64,000 nucleotides of DNA. Source: Micromonosporaceae bacterium. Lineage in GTDB: Bacteria > Actinomycetota > Actinomycetes > Mycobacteriales > Micromonosporaceae. The stretch lies in NCBI GenBank assembly GCA_035649895.1, contig DASRIS010000186.1, positions 94 through 64,093 of the forward strand, in the 5' to 3' direction. Numbering within the stretch: position 1 is the first letter of the stretch; every line of letters begins with the position of its first letter. The position numbers and the translations under genes are program-made. Below the pieces are notes generated by a model. The model was given only the letters and a program-made list of their open reading frames with translations, searched no databases and was not told the DNA's origin. Shown here in pieces: positions 37,844 through 46,906 of this stretch.

Positions 37844-38122
37844 GTGGTGTGGTGGATCGTCGTCGGCCTGGTGCTCGCCGGGCTGGCGCTGCTGGCCCTG
37901 GTGGGCATGTCGGTGGTCTCCCGGCTGGGTCCGCTGCGCCGGGCACAGACCGGCCTGCAACGGCGGGCGCAGGCGGCCCAGGAGCTGCAGGGCACCGCGG
38001 AGGCGCTGCAGGTGCGGATGGCCGCGCTGCAGGAGCGGACCAGGCGCCGCGGCGACGACGACGCTGCCGGGCCGGCCTGGGCCGCGGACGGAGCTGAGCC
38101 GGCGCCGCGCAGGTCCGGCTGA
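37844..38122 (+). CDS. Small hypothetical membrane protein (N-terminal TM plus coiled-coil-like tail)
   Basis: VVWWIVVGLVLAGLALLALVGMSVV, then QRRAQAAQELQGTAEALQVRMAALQERT. The start codon is uncertain (GTG 37844/37847). Confidence 0.4.
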   Translation: MVWWIVVGLVLAGLALLALVGMSVVSRLGPLRRAQTGLQRRAQAAQELQGTAEALQVRMAALQERTRRRGDDDAAGPAWAADGAEPAPRRSG

Positions 38123-38223
38123 GGCCGCCCGGTCGAGACTTCAGCAACCGACCGGCGACCGGCGCCACGCGCGCACGTACGATGGGGGTCGTTGCTCCCG
38201 TCACCGCACCACAGGAGGCCTCC

Positions 38224-38487
38224 ATGGGCGCCCTCAAGCCGTGGCACATCATCGTCCTGGTGGTGGTGCTGATCCTTCTCTTCGGCGCCAAGCGGCTGCC
38301 GGATGCCGCCCGGGCGCTGGGCCGCTCGCTGCGCATCATCAAGGCCGAGACCCGGGGGCTCGCCGATGATGACCTGAACGAGAAGGCGGACGCCCAGACG
38401 GCCCGCGCGCCGCTGCCGCAGGTGCCGGACAGCCAGCCCTCGCCGAAGCCGACCGTAGACCCGGTGCAGCGGGTCCGCGACAACTAA
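38224..38487 (+). CDS. tatA: Twin-arginine translocase subunit TatA
   Basis: MGALKPWHIIVLVVVLILLFGAKRLPDAARALGRSLRIIK. AGGAGG SD. Confidence 0.9.
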   Translation: MGALKPWHIIVLVVVLILLFGAKRLPDAARALGRSLRIIKAETRGLADDDLNEKADAQTARAPLPQVPDSQPSPKPTVDPVQRVRDN

Positions 38488-38499
38488 GCCTGACCGCTC

Positions 38500-39501
38500 G
38501 TGGCCTTCGGCCTGCGTCGGCGGGGACCGACCAACTTCCAGCGCGCCGCCGACGGCTCGATGACGCTCATCGAGCACCTGCGCGAGCTGCGCAGCCGGCT
38601 GTTCAAAGCCAGCCTCGGCGTCGTCATCGGCCTGGGCATCGGCATCTTCTTCGCCCAGCCGGTGCAGGAGTTCATCAACGCGCCGTACTGCAACTTCAAG
38701 GGCGCCGTGGACTGCGAGTTCAACGCCACCTCGCCGGTCGACCCGTTCCTGCTCACGCTCAAGATCGGCCTGTACGTGGGCCTGCTGCTGTCCTCACCGG
38801 TCTGGCTCTACCAGCTGTGGGCCTTCATCGCCCCGGGCCTGCACCGGCACGAGCGCCGCTACACCTACCTGTTCACCGCCCTTGCCGTGCCGCTCTTCGC
38901 CGCCGGCGCGTTCCTCGCGTTCTTCGTGGTCACCAAGAGCCTGGTGTTCTTCCTGGGCATGGCCTCCGACTACGAGATCAACGTCGACCTGACCGGCTAC
39001 TTCGACTTCGTCACCGGGGTCATGCTGCTGTTCGGGCTGGCCTTCGAGTTCCCGCTCGCGCTGCTCATGCTCAACTTCGCCGGCATCCTCAGTGCCCGGC
39101 GCATGCTCGGCTGGTGGCGACCGGCGATCTTCCTGATGTTCGTCTTCGCCGCGGTGGTGACCCCGACGCCGGACCCGTTCGGCATGACCGCCCTGGCGCT
39201 GGCGATGGCCCTGCTCTACTTCGCCGCGGTGGGCGTGTCGTTCGTCAACGACCGCCGGCGCGCGCGAGCGCAGCCGGACTACTCCGGCCTGTCCGACGAC
39301 GAGGTCTCCCCGCTGGACCACGCGCCGGAGCGGGTGGGCGCCGCCGAGCCGGTCGAGCCGCCGGCGCCGGTGGAGCCGCCCGAGCCGGTGGCCGGGCCGG
39401 CGCCGCTCGCCGTCCGCTACGACGCCCCGGGCGGCGCAGGATCATCGAGCCTCCCGGACGACTCGAGCCTCGCCGCACGGCGGTACGACGACACGACCTG
39501 A
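38500..39501 (+). CDS. tatC: Twin-arginine translocase subunit TatC
   Basis: MTLIEHLRELRSRLF, YQLWAFIAPGL, FEFPL and FAAVVTPTPDPF motifs with six TM segments. Confidence 0.9.
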   Translation: MAFGLRRRGPTNFQRAADGSMTLIEHLRELRSRLFKASLGVVIGLGIGIFFAQPVQEFINAPYCNFKGAVDCEFNATSPVDPFLLTLKIGLYVGLLLSSPVWLYQLWAFIAPGLHRHERRYTYLFTALAVPLFAAGAFLAFFVVTKSLVFFLGMASDYEINVDLTGYFDFVTGVMLLFGLAFEFPLALLMLNFAGILSARRMLGWWRPAIFLMFVFAAVVTPTPDPFGMTALALAMALLYFAAVGVSFVNDRRRARAQPDYSGLSDDEVSPLDHAPERVGAAEPVEPPAPVEPPEPVAGPAPLAVRYDAPGGAGSSSLPDDSSLAARRYDDTT

Positions 39502-39579
39502 TTGCCGTACGGTCATCGCCGTGACCGAGCGCATCGAGCAGAGTGAGGGCCCAGCGGGCGCGGCTGGGCGGGCACTGCC

Positions 39580-40494
39580 GTGACCGCAGCGCAGCCCGGG
39601 CCGGTGGCCGTGCTCGCCAACCCGACGGCCGGCCGCGGCCGGCTGCGGGAGCTGCTTCCCGTCCTGCTGGACCGGCTGCGAGACCAGGAGCACGAGGTGC
39701 GCCTGCTGGACGCCGCCACCCGGGACGAGGCGGCTGCGGCCTGTGTGGCGGCGGTCGCCGAAGGCGCTGGCGCGCTGGTCGTGCTGGGCGGGGACGGCAC
39801 GGTCCACCTCGCGTTGCAGGCCGTCGCCGGCACGCCGGTGCCGCTGGGCATCGTGCCGACCGGCACCGGCAACGACTTCGCGGTCAACGTCGGCCTGCCG
39901 GAGCAGCCGGTGCCGGCCGTCGACGCGCTCGTGCGGGCGCTGCGGGACGGCACCACGCGCCGGGTCGACCTCGGCCGGCTGACCGACAGCACCGGTGGCC
40001 ACCGCTGGTTCGGCGCGGTCTTCGCCGCCGGCTTCGACGCCATCGTCAACGAACGCGCCAACGCCATGCGCTGGCCCCGGGGCCCGCGCCGCTACGAGCT
40101 CGCGATCTTCCTGGAGCTGCTGCGGCTGCGCCCGCGGCGCTACCGGCTGTGGCTGGACGGGGTCCTGCACGAGCTGGACGGGGTGCTGATCGCGGTGGGC
40201 AACACGCCCAGCTACGGCGGGGGCATGCGGATCTGTCCCGACGCCGACCCTACCGACGGCATCCTCGACATCCTGGTCGGCGGGCGGTTCACCCGGACCG
40301 CGCTGGTGCGGATCACCCCGAAGGTGTGGGACGGCTCGCACGTGCACCATCCGCTGGTCACCCAGCACCGGGCGGTCAAGGTGGAGATCGACGCCGAAGG
40401 GATCACCGGGTACGCCGACGGGGAGCGGGTGGGCCCGCTCCCCGTCACGGTCGTCAGCGCACCCGGCGCGCTGACCGTGCTCAGCGCGCGCTGA
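39580..40494 (+). CDS. Diacylglycerol/lipid kinase family protein (DAGK catalytic domain)
   Basis: VLANPTAGRGR, LVVLGGDGTVH and GIVPTGTGNDFA motifs. Confidence 0.85.
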   Translation: MTAAQPGPVAVLANPTAGRGRLRELLPVLLDRLRDQEHEVRLLDAATRDEAAAACVAAVAEGAGALVVLGGDGTVHLALQAVAGTPVPLGIVPTGTGNDFAVNVGLPEQPVPAVDALVRALRDGTTRRVDLGRLTDSTGGHRWFGAVFAAGFDAIVNERANAMRWPRGPRRYELAIFLELLRLRPRRYRLWLDGVLHELDGVLIAVGNTPSYGGGMRICPDADPTDGILDILVGGRFTRTALVRITPKVWDGSHVHHPLVTQHRAVKVEIDAEGITGYADGERVGPLPVTVVSAPGALTVLSAR

Positions 40495-40545
40495 CCAGCG
40501 CACCAGCTGTGTGCTCAGCGCGGCAGCGCGTACCAGGTGTGGCTC

Positions 40546-40803
40546 TCAGCCCTGCTTGGGCTCGCCCGTCTGGGCCTCGATGGTCCTGCGCTGCGGCTCG
40601 TCCTGGCCCGCCCGCACGGTGATCTTGCGCGGCTGCTCCACCGGCTTGGTCACGTTCCTGATGCGGATCTTGAGCAGGCCGTGGTCCGCGTCGGCCTCGA
40701 CCTGGTCGCCGCCGACGCCGTCGGGCAGCTGGAAGCTACGGCGGAACGCGCCGTAGCGCAGCTCCCGGACCAGCACCTTGCCTCGGGTGTTCTCCCAGGG
40801 CAT
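40546..40803 (-). CDS. Truncated Hsp20/alpha-crystallin-domain protein (C-terminal half only)
   Basis: 85 aa. VRELRYGAFRRSFQLPDGVGGDQVEADADHGLLKIRI corresponds to the last beta-strands of an ACD. The N-terminal half is absent. Its ATG overlaps the upstream HAD stop (ATGA). Confidence 0.5.
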   Translation of the reverse strand: MPWENTRGKVLVRELRYGAFRRSFQLPDGVGGDQVEADADHGLLKIRIRNVTKPVEQPRKITVRAGQDEPQRRTIEAQTGEPKQG

Positions 40804-41543
40804 CAGCCGTGATCTGAGTCACATCGGGTGAGAGCGAGGACCCCGGCCAGCCCGTTCACCTCGCCCGGCCCGCCGGGCGGCAGGACGAGCACCGTGCAGC
40901 CGGCGGCCACCGCCCCGGCGTCGGCCGGGCTGTCGCCCACCATCAGGACCCGGTCCGGCGGTACGCCCAGCGCCGCGCACGCGTACCGGAAGATCGCGGC
41001 GTCGGGCTTGGTGCGCCCGACCTCGTAGGACAGCGCCCAGGCGTCGACCAGCTCGGCCAGGCCCCAGCCGGCCGCGAGCGTGCGCACGTCGAAGCCGATG
41101 TTGCTGACCACGCCGACCGGCAGCCCCGCCGCCCGCAGCGCGCGCAGGGTCGGCAGCGTGTCGGCGTACAGGCGCCAGCCCTGCGGGCAGTGCAGCCGGG
41201 CGTAGAGCGCCTCGGGCAGCCCGTCGATGCCGCAGCCCACGGACTCGGCCAGCCCGGTGTACGCGGCCCGGTGGGCGCCCGGGTCGAGGTCCCGCTCGGC
41301 CCACACCTCGATCAGGTGCGGGGGCACCCGCCGCGGCGGCGGCCCGCCGGCCCGGCCGGCGGCGACCAGCCGGTCGGCCAGGGCCGTGGCCCGGATGGGG
41401 TCCAGGCCCACCCCGCACTCCTGGGCAGCCCGGTACACCCAGTCGACCGCGTCCTCGACCTGGGCGAGCGTGCCGTGCAGGTCGAACAGGACGGCCTCGA
41501 CCGGGCGGGCGGGAAGGGGGTCGTCCGGCACGCCGTGCACCAT
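40803..41543 (-). CDS. HAD-superfamily hydrolase
   Basis: AVLFDLHGTLA (motif I), VGVVSNIG (motif II), LMVGDSPADAG (motif IV). Confidence 0.75.
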   Translation of the reverse strand: MVHGVPDDPLPARPVEAVLFDLHGTLAQVEDAVDWVYRAAQECGVGLDPIRATALADRLVAAGRAGGPPPRRVPPHLIEVWAERDLDPGAHRAAYTGLAESVGCGIDGLPEALYARLHCPQGWRLYADTLPTLRALRAAGLPVGVVSNIGFDVRTLAAGWGLAELVDAWALSYEVGRTKPDAAIFRYACAALGVPPDRVLMVGDSPADAGAVAAGCTVLVLPPGGPGEVNGLAGVLALTRCDSDHG

Positions 41544-41585
41544 ACCGAGAGGCGGACCGGCCGGTTCGTCACCTAGCCTTGCAGA

Positions 41586-44324
41586 ATGAGCAGCCCCGCC
41601 GAGCGGTACGTCGCGGCCCGCCGGCGGGCGGCCGACGCGGCGCGCCTGCCCGCGCTCGCCGAGTTCGCCGCCGACCTGGGGTTCGCCATGGACCCCTTCC
41701 AGCGCGACGCGTGTGCGGCGCTGGAGCGCGGCAGCGGGGTGCTCGTGTGCGCCCCGACCGGCGCCGGCAAGACCGTGGTCGGCGAGTTCGCCGTACACCT
41801 GGCGCTGGCGCAGGGGCGCAAGTGCTTCTACACCACCCCGATCAAGGTGCTGTCCAACCAGAAGTTCCACGACCTTGTCCAGCGGTACGGCCCGGCCCGG
41901 GTGGGCCTGCTCACCGGGGACAACTCCATCAACGGGGACGCGCCGGTGGTCGTGATGACCACCGAGGTCCTGCGCAACATGCTCTACGCCGGCTCGGCCA
42001 CGCTGGCCGGGCTGTCCTATGTGGTCATGGACGAGGTTCACTACCTTGCGGACCGGTTCCGCGGCGCGGTCTGGGAGGAGGTCATCATCCACCTGCCGGT
42101 GGCGGTGACCCTGGTGTCCCTGTCCGCGACCGTCTCCAACGCCGAGGAGTTCGCCGACTGGCTGGTCACCGTCCGCGGCGAGACCGAGGTGGTGGTGACC
42201 GAGCACCGGCCCGTGCCGCTGTGGCAGCACATGCTGGTCGGGCGGCGGATGTTCGACCTGTTCCACGACGCGGAGGCGGCGTCAAAGCACGACGTGCACC
42301 CGGAGCTGCTGCGCTACACCCGCGAGGTGCTGCGCCGGGTCGAGGGCGACAGCCAGTACGGCGCCCGCGGCCGCTCCAGCCGGACCCGCCGGTGGCCCGT
42401 GCCGTCCCGGCCGGACGTGGTCGAGCGCCTGGACCGGGAGGGGCTGCTGCCGGCGATCCTGTTCATCTTCAGCCGGGCCGGCTGCGACGCGGCGGTGCAT
42501 CAGTGCCTGGCGGCCGGGCTGCGGCTGACCACGCCGGACGAGCGGGCGGAGATCCGGCGGGTGGTGGAGAGCCGCATCGCCCAGATCCCCGGCGAGGACC
42601 TGTCCGTGCTCGGCTACTGGGAGTGGCTCGACGGCCTGGAGCGGGGGCTGGCCGCGCACCACGCCGGGCTGCTGCCGGCCTTCAAGGAGGTGGTGGAGGA
42701 GCTGTTCGTCCGCGGCCTGGTCAAGGCGGTCTTCGCCACCGAGACCCTGGCGCTGGGCATCAACATGCCGGCCCGGTGCGTGGTCCTGGAGCGGCTGGTC
42801 AAGTTCAACGGCGAGGCCCACGTCGACCTCACCCCGGGCGAGTACACCCAGCTCACCGGGCGGGCCGGGCGGCGCGGCATAGACGTGGAGGGCCACGCCG
42901 TGGTGGTGTGGGCCCCGGAGGTCGACCCGCGCCACGTCGCCGGGCTCGCGTCCACCCGCACCTACCCGCTGCGGTCCAGCTTCCGGCCGTCGTACAACAT
43001 GGCGGTCAACCTGGTCGGCTCGGTCGGCACCCGCCGCGCCCGGGAGCTGCTGGAGAGCTCCTTCGCGCAGTTCCAGGCCGACCGCTCGGTGGTCGGCATC
43101 GCCCGGCAGGTGCAGCGCAACGTCGAGACCATGGCCACCTACGAGACCGAGTACGCCTGCCACCTCGGCGACTTCGCCGACTACTTCCGGGTCCGGGTGG
43201 CCATCGCCGAGCGGGAGCGGGCGCTGGCCCGCCAGGGTGCGGTGCAGCGCCGGGCCGAGGCGGTCGCCTCGCTGGAGAGGCTGCGGGTCGGCGACGTGAT
43301 CGTGGTGCCCTCCGGCCGCCGGGCGGGCCTCGCGGTGGTCCTCGACCCGGGCACCGGCGGCTTCGGCGACCCGCGCCCGTTGCTGCTCACCGAGGACCGC
43401 TGGGCCGGGCGGGTGGCGAGCGTGGACTTCACCTCCGCGGTCGAGCCGCTGACCCGCGTACGCGTACCCAAGCACTTCAACCACCGCTCGCCGGCGGAGC
43501 GGCGCGACCTGGCCGCGGCCCTGCGCACGGCGGGCCTGGCGCCCGGGGCCCGGCGCAAGGCCAGCCGGGGGCGGGGCGAAGACGCGGTGCTGCTGTCGCT
43601 GCGCGAGGAGCTGCGCGGCCACCCGTGCCACCGCTGCGCCGACCGGGAGGAGCACGCCCGGTGGGCCGAGCGGCGGTGGCGGCTGGAGCGCGACACCGAG
43701 AGCCTGCGCGGCAAGGTGGCCAGCCGTACCGGGTCCCTGGCGCGCACGTTCGACCGGGTGTGCGCCCTGCTCGCCGCGCGGGGGTACCTGACCGCCAGCG
43801 GCGAGGTGACCGACGCGGGCCGGATGCTCGCCCGGATCTGGACCGAGGCCGACCTGCTGGTCGCCGAGTGCATCCGGCGCGGCGTGTGGGCCGGCCTGTC
43901 CCCGCCGGAGCTGGCCGCGGCCGTCTCCGGCGTGCTCTACGAGGCCCGGCGGGAAGGCGACGACCGGGTCTCCACGCCACGCGGCCCGGTCGCCGACGCG
44001 ATCGAGGAGACCATCAAGATCTGGACCGAGCTGGAGGCCGACGAGTCGTCGCGCGGGCTGGAGCTCACCCGCGAGCCCGACGCCGGCTTCGTCTGGCCGA
44101 TGTACCGCTGGGCCCGCGGCGAGCCGCTCGCCAAGGTGCTGGCCAGCGGCGCCCAGCTGGACGGCGAGATGCCGGCCGGCGACTTCGTCCGGTGGGCCCG
44201 GCAGGTGGTGGACCTGCTCGGGCAGGTGGCCGAGGCGGCTGGCAGCTCGGCCGCGCTGCGCGCGAACGCGCGCGCCGCCGTCGACGCCGTCCGCCGCGGC
44301 ATCCTGGCCTACCGCGACGTGTGA
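41586..44324 (+). CDS. helY: Ski2-like DEAD/DEAH-box helicase HelY
   Basis: VCAPTGAGKTVVGEFA, VVMDEVHYL, SATVSN, helicase C-domain motifs (QLTGRAGRRGID) and a C-terminal DSHCT-like region. Rv2092c position. Confidence 0.9.
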   Translation: MSSPAERYVAARRRAADAARLPALAEFAADLGFAMDPFQRDACAALERGSGVLVCAPTGAGKTVVGEFAVHLALAQGRKCFYTTPIKVLSNQKFHDLVQRYGPARVGLLTGDNSINGDAPVVVMTTEVLRNMLYAGSATLAGLSYVVMDEVHYLADRFRGAVWEEVIIHLPVAVTLVSLSATVSNAEEFADWLVTVRGETEVVVTEHRPVPLWQHMLVGRRMFDLFHDAEAASKHDVHPELLRYTREVLRRVEGDSQYGARGRSSRTRRWPVPSRPDVVERLDREGLLPAILFIFSRAGCDAAVHQCLAAGLRLTTPDERAEIRRVVESRIAQIPGEDLSVLGYWEWLDGLERGLAAHHAGLLPAFKEVVEELFVRGLVKAVFATETLALGINMPARCVVLERLVKFNGEAHVDLTPGEYTQLTGRAGRRGIDVEGHAVVVWAPEVDPRHVAGLASTRTYPLRSSFRPSYNMAVNLVGSVGTRRARELLESSFAQFQADRSVVGIARQVQRNVETMATYETEYACHLGDFADYFRVRVAIAERERALARQGAVQRRAEAVASLERLRVGDVIVVPSGRRAGLAVVLDPGTGGFGDPRPLLLTEDRWAGRVASVDFTSAVEPLTRVRVPKHFNHRSPAERRDLAAALRTAGLAPGARRKASRGRGEDAVLLSLREELRGHPCHRCADREEHARWAERRWRLERDTESLRGKVASRTGSLARTFDRVCALLAARGYLTASGEVTDAGRMLARIWTEADLLVAECIRRGVWAGLSPPELAAAVSGVLYEARREGDDRVSTPRGPVADAIEETIKIWTELEADESSRGLELTREPDAGFVWPMYRWARGEPLAKVLASGAQLDGEMPAGDFVRWARQVVDLLGQVAEAAGSSAALRANARAAVDAVRRGILAYRDV

Positions 44325-44403
44325 GCCCGGGCCAGTTTCAGGCCGGCTCCATGATCCGCCGGTTGTGTATGCTCCGGCCTGTCGACCCGTCGGGGAGGGG
44401 CAG

Positions 44404-45705
44404 ATGCCTGCTGAGGTGCACCACTTCACGTACGGGCTGATCACCCCGGTGCTGTCCTTCGCCTTCTCCGTGCTGGGCTCGCTGCTGGCGCTGAGCTGCA
44501 CGGCCCGGGCCCGGAGCCTGCGCGAGCCGGCCCGCCGGGCGCGCTGGCTGCTGCTGGCCGCGTGGGCGCTGGGCGGCACCGGCATCTGGGTCATGCACTT
44601 CACCGCGATGCTCGGCTTCAGCGTGCCGAGCTCCCTGGTGCGCTACGACGTGCCGCTGACCACGGCCAGCTTCGTGGCCGCGGTGACGATGGTCGGCGTC
44701 GGCCTGTTCATCGCGGGCATGGGCCGCCCATCCATCCTCAAGACCCTCCTCGGCGGGGTGCTGACCGGGTCCGGCGTCGCGGCCATGCACTACATCGGCA
44801 TGGCCGCCATGCGCGTCAACGGAGACATCCGGTACGACCGGGACCTGGTGGCGGCGTCGGTGGCGATCGCGGTGGTCGCCGCCACGGTCGCGCTGTGGTT
44901 CACGGTCACCCTGCAGCGGCCCGCCGCGCTCTTCGCGGCGGCGCTGACCATGGGGGTGGCGGTCAACGGCATGCACTTCACCGGCATGGCCGGGCTCCGG
45001 GTGCACCTGCACACCCAGCCCGCCGCCACCGAGGTTGCGGGAGCCAGCGCGCTGACCTTCCTCGGCCCGATGATGCTCTTCGTCGCCGTGGTCGTCATCG
45101 TCCTGGTCTCCGCCCAGCTGCGCGCCGCCGACGTGGAGGCCCGGTGGTCCTACCCGGGCATGGGCGGGCACGGGCCGGCCGACGCCGGCCCCAGGCCACC
45201 CGAGCCCGCCGGCTCCGGTGCTGGTGGCGGCCTGCCGGGCCGGGGAGCCGGCACCGGCCACCCGCACGCGGGCCGGAGAGCGCGCGGCGCAGGCCCCGCC
45301 GGCCCGGGTGATGCTGGTGCCGGCCGAGGGCGTGGCCCAGGTGGCTCGCGAAGGCAGGGCAAGGGGCAGGGCCTGGACCGGGGGCGCCGGCCCGACGGCG
45401 GGTTGGTAGGGGGAGCAGGCGGTGCGGCGGGCCCGGCCGGGGGCGGGCTTGCGGCCGCCTTCCCGTCCGCGCCGGCGCGGGGCGCGTCCCCTGGTGGACC
45501 AGGGGGCAGGCCGCCCGTTGGGGAGGCCGGCGGCCGTCGCTTCGACCCCTGGGGCGGCGGCGAGGCTTACGACAGCCGCGGCGGCGGCGGGGCGCCGCAG
45601 CACGGGCCCCCGGCCCGGTCCAACGGGTACGGCCTTCCGCCCGACCCGCGCGACCGGCGGCCCGGCGACGGCTGGGGTGGCGACCCGCCCCGCGGAAGGC
45701 GCTGA
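44404..45705 (+). CDS. MHYT-domain membrane protein with a ~190 aa Gly/Pro/Arg-rich disordered tail
   Basis: Three MHxT-type motifs in TM helices (WVMHFTAMLG, AAMHYIGMAAM, NGMHFTGMAG). No recognisable output domain. Confidence 0.8.
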   Translation: MPAEVHHFTYGLITPVLSFAFSVLGSLLALSCTARARSLREPARRARWLLLAAWALGGTGIWVMHFTAMLGFSVPSSLVRYDVPLTTASFVAAVTMVGVGLFIAGMGRPSILKTLLGGVLTGSGVAAMHYIGMAAMRVNGDIRYDRDLVAASVAIAVVAATVALWFTVTLQRPAALFAAALTMGVAVNGMHFTGMAGLRVHLHTQPAATEVAGASALTFLGPMMLFVAVVVIVLVSAQLRAADVEARWSYPGMGGHGPADAGPRPPEPAGSGAGGGLPGRGAGTGHPHAGRRARGAGPAGPGDAGAGRGRGPGGSRRQGKGQGLDRGRRPDGGLVGGAGGAAGPAGGGLAAAFPSAPARGASPGGPGGRPPVGEAGGRRFDPWGGGEAYDSRGGGGAPQHGPPARSNGYGLPPDPRDRRPGDGWGGDPPRGRR

Positions 45706-45803
45706 CGGCCGCCGAGCCCCCGGGCGCGACCCGCCCCGCCGGAGGCGCCGACGGCCGCGAAGCCCAAGGCGGCACTGTCAGAAAGCCAAGGGCGGCACGG
45801 TCA
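45680..45803. repeat. Two short degenerate direct-repeat pairs across the MHYT stop / exonuclease stop intergenic region
   Basis: A ~40-nt unit at 45680-45719 recurs at 45726-45765 (~85 % identity). GCCCAAGGCGGCACTGTCA (45762-45780) recurs as GCCAAGGGCGGCACGGTCA (45785-45803). Confidence 0.6.
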
Positions 45804-46730
45804 CCGGCGGGCCGCGGTGGCGGCGTCGGTCAGCGCGTCGAGGAGCCGCCGCACCGGTCCGGCCAGGTTGTGCCGCTCGGCGAGCCCCATGAGCCGCTCC
45901 GGGTGCGCCGGACCCGCGCCCACCGCTGCGTCCACATCGGGCAGTGCCACGTCGCGGACGACCTGCACGACGTCTCGGGCGACCGCGAGGTAGCCGCCGG
46001 CCGCCGCCAGCTTGGCGCGCAGCCCGGACGCGAACGGCTGCTCCGGGTCGTCCACCGCCGCCAGCAGCGCCGGCAGGTCGCCGAAGCGGGTGACCAGCCG
46101 GGCCGCGGTCTTCTCGCCGACGCCGGGCACGCCCGGCAGCCCGTCGCTCGGGTCCCCGCGCAGCGTGGCGAAGTCGGCGTAGCCGGCCGGCGGGACCCCG
46201 TACCGGTCGGTCACCGCGGCGGCGTCGAGCACCTCCAGCTTTGCCACGCCACGCCCGCAGTAGAGCAGCCGGACCGGCTTGGCGTCGTCCACCAGCTGGA
46301 TGAGGTCGCGGTCCCCGGAGACCACCTCGACCGGCCCGGGCTCGCGGGTGGCGAGCGTGCCGAGCACGTCGTCGGCCTCGTACCCGGCCGCGCCGAAGGC
46401 CGGCACGCCGAGCGCGTCCAGGACCTCGCGGATGACCGGCACCTGCGGCACCAGCCCGGCCGGCACCTCCTCGCCGCCGGCCGGGGCGAGCCGGTGCGCC
46501 TTGTAGGACGGGACCAGCGCCACCCGCCACGCCGGCCGCCAGTCCTCGTCCAGGGCGCAGACCACCCGGCCCGGCCGGCGGGTGCGCACCAGCGTGGCGA
46601 GCATGTCCAGGAAGCCGCGGACCGCGTTGACCGGGGAGCCGTCAGGGGCGCGGGCGGCCGACTCCGGGATGCCGTGGTACGCCCGGAAGTACAGGCTCGG
46701 CGCGTCCACGGCCAGCAGCGGTGAGCTCAC
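45801..46730 (-). CDS. 5'-3' exonuclease (Pol I N-terminal/FEN-like; Rv2090 position)
   Basis: LLAVDAPSLYFRAYHG, SYKAHR, VSGDRDLIQL, DGLPGVPGVGEKTAARL (H3TH). Confidence 0.85.
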   Translation of the reverse strand: MSSPLLAVDAPSLYFRAYHGIPESAARAPDGSPVNAVRGFLDMLATLVRTRRPGRVVCALDEDWRPAWRVALVPSYKAHRLAPAGGEEVPAGLVPQVPVIREVLDALGVPAFGAAGYEADDVLGTLATREPGPVEVVSGDRDLIQLVDDAKPVRLLYCGRGVAKLEVLDAAAVTDRYGVPPAGYADFATLRGDPSDGLPGVPGVGEKTAARLVTRFGDLPALLAAVDDPEQPFASGLRAKLAAAGGYLAVARDVVQVVRDVALPDVDAAVGAGPAHPERLMGLAERHNLAGPVRRLLDALTDAATAARR

Positions 46731-46906
46731 CCCCGCAGCCTGGCACACCGGCCGGCGGCGCAGGCACGGCGGTGCCCACCGGTGCGGCGGCGTGGCCGGC
46801 ACCGCCGCTGGCCTGCCGCACCGTGGCCGGGGCCAGCGGTGGCCGACTGCTGGGCCGGGTGGGCGACCCGCGGGCCCACGGGGAGTGACCGACCGGCTGT
46901 GCGGCG

